Origin: Thermotogota bacterium | GTDB taxonomy: Bacteria; Thermotogota; Thermotogae; Petrotogales; Petrotogaceae | Reading direction: 5' to 3' | DNA length: 11,364 nucleotides | NCBI GenBank assembly: GCA_051748045.1 | Contig: JBNJGY010000053.1 | Span: forward strand, 1 to 11,364 | In this document: positions 7,821-11,364 of the stretch, one piece after another | Layout of the letters: each line of letters begins with the position of its first letter | Numbering within the stretch: position 1 is the stretch's first letter | Position numbers and translations under genes: made by a program | Notes under the pieces: model-generated | Databases searched by the model: none | Seen by the model: only the letters and a program-made list of their open reading frames with translations | Told to the model about the DNA's origin: nothing

Positions 7821-7848
7821 AAAAAACTCTCGCTTTTCAGCGAGAGTT
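7821..7848 (-). terminator. Intrinsic terminator after the aldo/keto reductase gene
   Basis: Minus strand AACTCTCGCT-GAAA-AGCGAGAGTT-TTTT, 5 nt after the stop. Confidence 0.85.
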
Positions 7849-7853
7849 CTATA

Positions 7854-8714
7854 TTAAACATCTGGATGTGGAAAAACTGTATCATCAGCAAGATTACTAG
7901 CTTTTTCTTTTAAATATTCTTCTTCAGTTATTGAAAGAGGTTCAAATTCGTCTGCTGCATCGCAAGCCCATCTTAATAATTCTATATGACTTGGAGAAAC
8001 TGCTGTATCTACTCCTTTACTGAGAGTAAACCTCATTCCTAATTTAGCTTCTTCATAATTATCTACAGGTTTATACCAAGTTTTAGACCAATTTCTTTCT
8101 TCATCTTTTTTCCATTTTCTCTTTGCTAATGCTTTAAGGGCTATTATTCCCACGTTTTTCTTTTTTGCTAAATCTAAAACAGAATTACCAAAACCTTCTT
8201 TTAACCAAGATGCCCAATTAACAGGAAACATAATAGTATCAAAATCAAATCTATTCATCAATTCAAATGCTGCTTCTTCTGTGTGAGCAGAAAAGCCTAT
8301 ATAATTGATCAAACCTTCTTCTTTAGCTTCTAAAACAGCTTCCATAGCACCATTAGGCCCTAGGATTTTATCTACTTCCTCTTTTGAAACGATAGAGTGG
8401 AATTGATAGATGTCAAAGTAATTAGTTTTTAACTTTTTTAAAGAAGTTTCAATATCTCGTCTACATTCTTCTTTCTCAAGGGCGTCAGTCTTGCAAGATA
8501 AAACAACATCTTTTCTAAAAGGCTTCAAAGCAGGCCCCAATATCTCTTCTGAATTTCCATAACTGGGAGCAACATCAAAATAATTAACACCTCTTTTTAT
8601 CGCCTCTTCTACATATTTTGAAGCATTCTCTGCTGTTTCATCCATAACAACAATTCCACCAAACCCAACAACCGATACTTCTAAACCTGTTTTCCCCAGA
8701 ACTCTGTTAAACAT
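7854..8714 (-). CDS. Aldo/keto reductase
   Basis: LGKTGLEVSVVGFGG, NYFDVAPSYG (catalytic Asp/Tyr), SCK, YFDIYQFH and IGFSAH. Start moved from 8747 to ATG 8714 because GAGGTG lies at 8726-8721. Confidence 0.92.
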   Translation of the reverse strand: MFNRVLGKTGLEVSVVGFGGIVVMDETAENASKYVEEAIKRGVNYFDVAPSYGNSEEILGPALKPFRKDVVLSCKTDALEKEECRRDIETSLKKLKTNYFDIYQFHSIVSKEEVDKILGPNGAMEAVLEAKEEGLINYIGFSAHTEEAAFELMNRFDFDTIMFPVNWASWLKEGFGNSVLDLAKKKNVGIIALKALAKRKWKKDEERNWSKTWYKPVDNYEEAKLGMRFTLSKGVDTAVSPSHIELLRWACDAADEFEPLSITEEEYLKEKASNLADDTVFPHPDV

Positions 8715-8752
8715 AATAAACACCTCTTTTATAAAAAATAATAACAATTTTC

Positions 8753-8790
8753 TTCCAACATCGTTCCTCCTACAGAAACCTTTGATTTCT
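8753..8790 (+). repeat. Degenerate heptamer tract x3 plus hairpin
   Basis: TTCCAAC ATCGTTC CTCCTAC, then AGAAACC-ttt-GATTTCT. Confidence 0.7.
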
Positions 8791-8799
8791 TTGCATTAA

Positions 8800-8841
8800 T
8801 CCCCTCTAAATGTGTTAGAGGGGACGTGCGTAGCACAGGGG
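8800..8841 (+). repeat. CCCCTC-type GC-rich double hairpin
   Basis: TCCCCTCTAA-atgtg-TTAGAGGGGA, then GTGC-GTA-GCAC and AGGGG. Confidence 0.7.
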
Positions 8842-8854
8842 TATTTAGACTCTT

Positions 8855-8926
8855 TGTCATTTCGACTAAGATGCGTAGCATCGCATGGAGAAATCTCTTC
8901 AGTTAATTTCACGTAGTGAAATTAAG
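8855..8926 (+). repeat. TGTCA-type REP-like element E4
   Basis: TGTC-ATTTC-GA-ctaa-GATGC-GTA-GCATC-gcatg-GA-GAAAT-CT-cttcag-TTAATTTCAC-GTA-GTGAAATTAA-g. Confidence 0.9.
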
Positions 8927-9004
8927 ATTGTAAAACAATCAATTTTTTTCATCATTTTTTTATAAAATATATATTTAATACATAATTAAAAAGATAAGTA
9001 ACTC

Positions 9005-9106
9005 GTCATTCTGAACGACGGTTTTTGGAGCTGAAGAATCTAAAAACCATTTCAATTTTCTGCGAAAATTTACTGTATAGATGTCTCGACCATGCTCGAC
9101 ATGACA
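9005..9106. repeat. Inverted doublet of GTCA-type elements E6 (9005-9041, +) and E5 (9054-9106, -)
   Basis: E6 is GTC-ATTCT-GA-acgacggtttttggagct-GA-AGAAT-CT. E5 reverse complement is TGTC-ATGTC-GA-gcatggtc-GA-GACAT-CT-atacagta-AATTTTC-GCA-GAAAATT. Confidence 0.9.
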
Positions 9107-9136
9107 TATGCAAAGGTTTTTAGTCCGTGTTTTTTC

Positions 9137-9185
9137 TTCCAACTTCCAACATCCATCTTCCAACAGAAATCATTTCATGATTTCT
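9137..9185 (+). repeat. Heptamer tract x4 plus hairpin
   Basis: TTCCAAC TTCCAAC ATCCATC TTCCAAC, then AGAAATCAT-ttc-ATGATTTCT. Confidence 0.9.
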
Positions 9186-9432
9186 TTTCTTACTAAAATT
9201 ATAACAAATAAAATAAGTATAATATTAAAATTTTTTAAGCTTTGTTTGGTAAACTAACCTTAACTATAAATAACTATTGTATATAATTACTATAAACTTA
9301 GTTCAGATAAGAGTTATAAATTTAATTAGTAATGAAGAAAAAATAGTAAATTTATTTGTATTCAAATATTTAATAGTATAATGGATTGATGATAAATCCC
9401 ACATTTTGTTCCAAAAAGAAAAGGTGATAATT

Positions 9433-10137
9433 ATGAAATTGATGGAAATAAAGACAGACTACACTGCTATCTTTAAAACAAGACCAAACAGATATGTTGC
9501 AGAAGTTGACATACCTGAATTGAATCTAGAAAACGAAATAATACACGTTCACGACCCTGGAAGATTAAAAGAACTTTTATACCCAGGAAATAAAATTAGA
9601 ATAAAAAAAGCAACAAACCCAAAAAGAAAAACAAAATGGGACCTTATTGCAGCAGAAAAAAACAATGAAGAAATAATGGTAAACTCTGCTTATCATAGAA
9701 ATATAAGCTATTTTATTCTAAACAACGAGAACATAAACCCTCTTGGAAAGCTTAAAAACATAAAAGCAGAAGTAAAATACAACAAAAGTAGAATTGATTA
9801 TTTAGTAGAAAAAGCAAAAAACAAAAAAATCTGGATAGAAATAAAAGGTTGTACTTTAACAGAAAACGGAATTGCAAAATTTCCCGATGCGCCTACTCTA
9901 AGAGGTAGAAAACATTTAGAAGAATTGATGCAAATTATAGAGGAAGGCGGAAACGCTGCAATTTATTTATTAGTTTTCGGAAAAAGTGAATGCTTCAAAC
10001 CAAATATGGAAACAGACACGAAATTTGCAGAAACATTTTACAGAGCTATGAAAGCTGGTGTTGAAATATACCCAATTCAACTTTCATACAACAAAGGAAT
10101 CATATCATACGAAGGTATTTTGCCTATATGTGAATAA
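9433..10137 (+). CDS. sfsA: DNA/RNA nuclease SfsA (sugar fermentation stimulation protein)
   Basis: RPNRY, HVHDPGRLKELL, RKTKWDL, EVKY..SRIDY, IEIKGCTL and FPDAPTLRGRKHLEEL. Start moved from TTG 9406 to ATG 9433 because of the AAGGTGA RBS at 9421-9427. Confidence 0.93.
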   Translation: MKLMEIKTDYTAIFKTRPNRYVAEVDIPELNLENEIIHVHDPGRLKELLYPGNKIRIKKATNPKRKTKWDLIAAEKNNEEIMVNSAYHRNISYFILNNENINPLGKLKNIKAEVKYNKSRIDYLVEKAKNKKIWIEIKGCTLTENGIAKFPDAPTLRGRKHLEELMQIIEEGGNAAIYLLVFGKSECFKPNMETDTKFAETFYRAMKAGVEIYPIQLSYNKGIISYEGILPICE

Positions 10138-10139
10138 AT

Positions 10140-10169
10140 AAAACCCGACTTTTAAAAGTCGGGTTTTTT
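10140..10169. terminator. Bidirectional intrinsic terminator between convergent sfsA and TIGR00341 genes
   Basis: Perfect palindrome AAAACCCGACTTTT|AAAAGTCGGGTTTT with T-runs on both strands. Confidence 0.88.
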
Positions 10170-10171
10170 AG

Positions 10172-11167
10172 TTAAAAGATAATATATAACAAAAATGACA
10201 TCAAAGTTAAAAGAACTATCCAAATAATCAGAGAAATAATTCTATACTTTTTTGCATTCTTTTCTTCCCAATAAGTAGAAGGCCTCAACCCTTCTACCAA
10301 GAAAGTTAAAACACCTGCTAAATTTATAGCTACAATATTAATAAAAAACAAAAGTAATGCAGAAAACCCTTTATCCATCATCCCATTACCAATCAAAAGT
10401 CCTGCTGCAATAATAGGCGGCATAAAAGCAACAGCAACCATTACCCCAACCAAAGCATCAACTACGCCTTTATTGACAGAAAGAATAGCTGCGATACCTG
10501 TTATAAAAGCTAGAATGACATCCATAATATTTATATCCGTTCTACTTGCTATTTCATATCCTGTAGGATCTATTTTATAAATCATCCCCCATAATAAAGC
10601 TATAGAAAAAGAAATCCCTATCCCTGTAAATAGCTTTGCTAAAGATTGCAAAAGAGTTTTTCTTTCTCCGATAGTAGTAGAAAAAGCAAGAGAAACATTA
10701 GACCCCAAAAATGGAGCTATAACCATAGATCCTATTATAATTGTTGAATTATCTCTTATGAGCCCAACTCCTGCGATTATAGAGGATATAATCATTAACA
10801 ATATATAAGAAAAGTTAATAGTAACGTCTTTGTTGATATCGTTGTATAGTTCTTGTCTTGTTAACCTTTGAAAAACATAATTCTTCTCTTCTTTCTCTTT
10901 CTCCTCTTTATCGGGTTCTTTTGGTCTTGGAATTTCTGCTTCAATATTGAAAAAATACATATGAAAATCTTTTATTTTTGAAAAATCATATTCTATTTTA
11001 TCTAACAACTCATCACTACCAGTTGCATTGACAATAAACTCGTATTGATATTGGTGATCATCAATCTGTGATTTTGACATTATTTTTATTTCATTATTTT
11101 CAAGCATCTTTTCTAAAGCAGATGTTTGACTCTTATGTAAGTACAATTTTATAAATCGTCTTTCCAT
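10172..11167 (-). CDS. TIGR00341 family / DUF389 membrane protein
   Basis: RLTRQELY, IAGVGLIRDNSTIIIGSMVIAPFLG, EIASRT, LVGVMVAVAFMPP and INIVAINLAG. Confidence 0.88.
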   Translation of the reverse strand: MERRFIKLYLHKSQTSALEKMLENNEIKIMSKSQIDDHQYQYEFIVNATGSDELLDKIEYDFSKIKDFHMYFFNIEAEIPRPKEPDKEEKEKEEKNYVFQRLTRQELYNDINKDVTINFSYILLMIISSIIAGVGLIRDNSTIIIGSMVIAPFLGSNVSLAFSTTIGERKTLLQSLAKLFTGIGISFSIALLWGMIYKIDPTGYEIASRTDINIMDVILAFITGIAAILSVNKGVVDALVGVMVAVAFMPPIIAAGLLIGNGMMDKGFSALLLFFINIVAINLAGVLTFLVEGLRPSTYWEEKNAKKYRIISLIIWIVLLTLMSFLLYIIF

Positions 11168-11217
11168 ATAAAAACCCCCAGAAATATTATTTATAAAATT
11201 ATATTATAAATAAAAGA

Positions 11218-11251
11218 AAAAAGGAAATCATAATTAAATGATTTCCTTTTT
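11218..11251 (-). terminator. Probable intrinsic terminator of the right-edge gene
   Basis: AAAAAGGAAATCAT-aattaa-ATGATTTCCTTTTT, 6 nt after the TGA at 11258-11260. Confidence 0.75.
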
Positions 11252-11257
11252 CATCTA

Positions 11258-11364
11258 TCAAAAGTCATCCACTGTTTCAACAGTTAAATGAATTGTACCA
11301 ATATTAATATTTTCCCCTGCATTAGCTTTCCACCAATTTTCATCTGTAAATTTCATCTGTACAC
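11258..11364 (-). CDS. C-terminal end of an unidentified protein (partial)
   Basis: Open frame ...VQMKFTDENWWKANAGENINIGTIHLTVETVDDF*, followed by a second stop and a terminator hairpin. Too short to identify. Confidence 0.6.
   Translation of the reverse strand, partial: VQMKFTDENWWKANAGENINIGTIHLTVETVDDF

Noticed and set aside
7663-7857. 64-aa + strand ORF
   Set aside because: Antisense to GDPD and runs through a terminator.
8975-9163. 62-aa ORF MEDGCWKLEE...
   Set aside because: It is a translation of the heptamer tract and the E5/E6 repeats, and the homologous region at 3454-3630 has indels that break this frame.
3421-9185. CRISPR array or CRISPR-like repeat-spacer locus
   Set aside because: No identical direct repeats at regular spacing. 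The repeats are dispersed, in mixed orientation, and there are no cas genes.
9433-10137. SfsA nuclease as the cognate enzyme of the repeats
   Set aside because: SfsA is a widespread gene, lies about 250 nt from the mosaic and is not flanked by repeats on both sides.
11223-11246. GAAATCAT/ATGATTTC arms shared with the hairpins at 5355 and 9165
   Set aside because: No heptamer tract, a different loop, and adequately explained as a terminator.
11338-11361. TTTCATCTGTA repeated twice at a 13-nt period
   Set aside because: Only two short copies inside a probable CDS at the window edge; cannot be distinguished from chance.

Overview
AT-rich bacterial chromosomal window, not a prophage or defence island. 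Gene style tentatively suggests a low-GC Thermotogota/Petrotogales-like anaerobe (inference only). It carries ordinary housekeeping or accessory genes: a partial class II CPD photolyase translationally coupled to a DUF523-DUF1722 (YbgA/RudS-like) gene, a PepF-type M3 oligoendopeptidase, a NUDIX hydrolase, a membrane protein, an MFS transporter, GDPD, an aldo/keto reductase, SfsA, a TIGR00341/DUF389 membrane protein and a partial CDS at the right edge. The unusual signal is non-coding. The three long intergenic regions (3338-3964, 5216-5805, 8715-9432) are mosaics of at least four REP-like repeat types: seven (T)GTCA-headed stem-loops with compensatory stem changes and a conserved tandem GA/GA, six heptamer tracts (consensus close to TTCCAAC) each capped by a 3-nt-loop hairpin, one GTAG-type REP and one CCCCTC-type hairpin. 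Three of these form the same composite with a fixed 29-30 nt spacing. The convergent NUDIX and membrane-protein genes form a mirror-symmetric unit, with near-identical 43-nt leaders and a 24-bp palindrome covering both stop codons. No transposase, integrase, CRISPR array, tRNA or rRNA was recognised.
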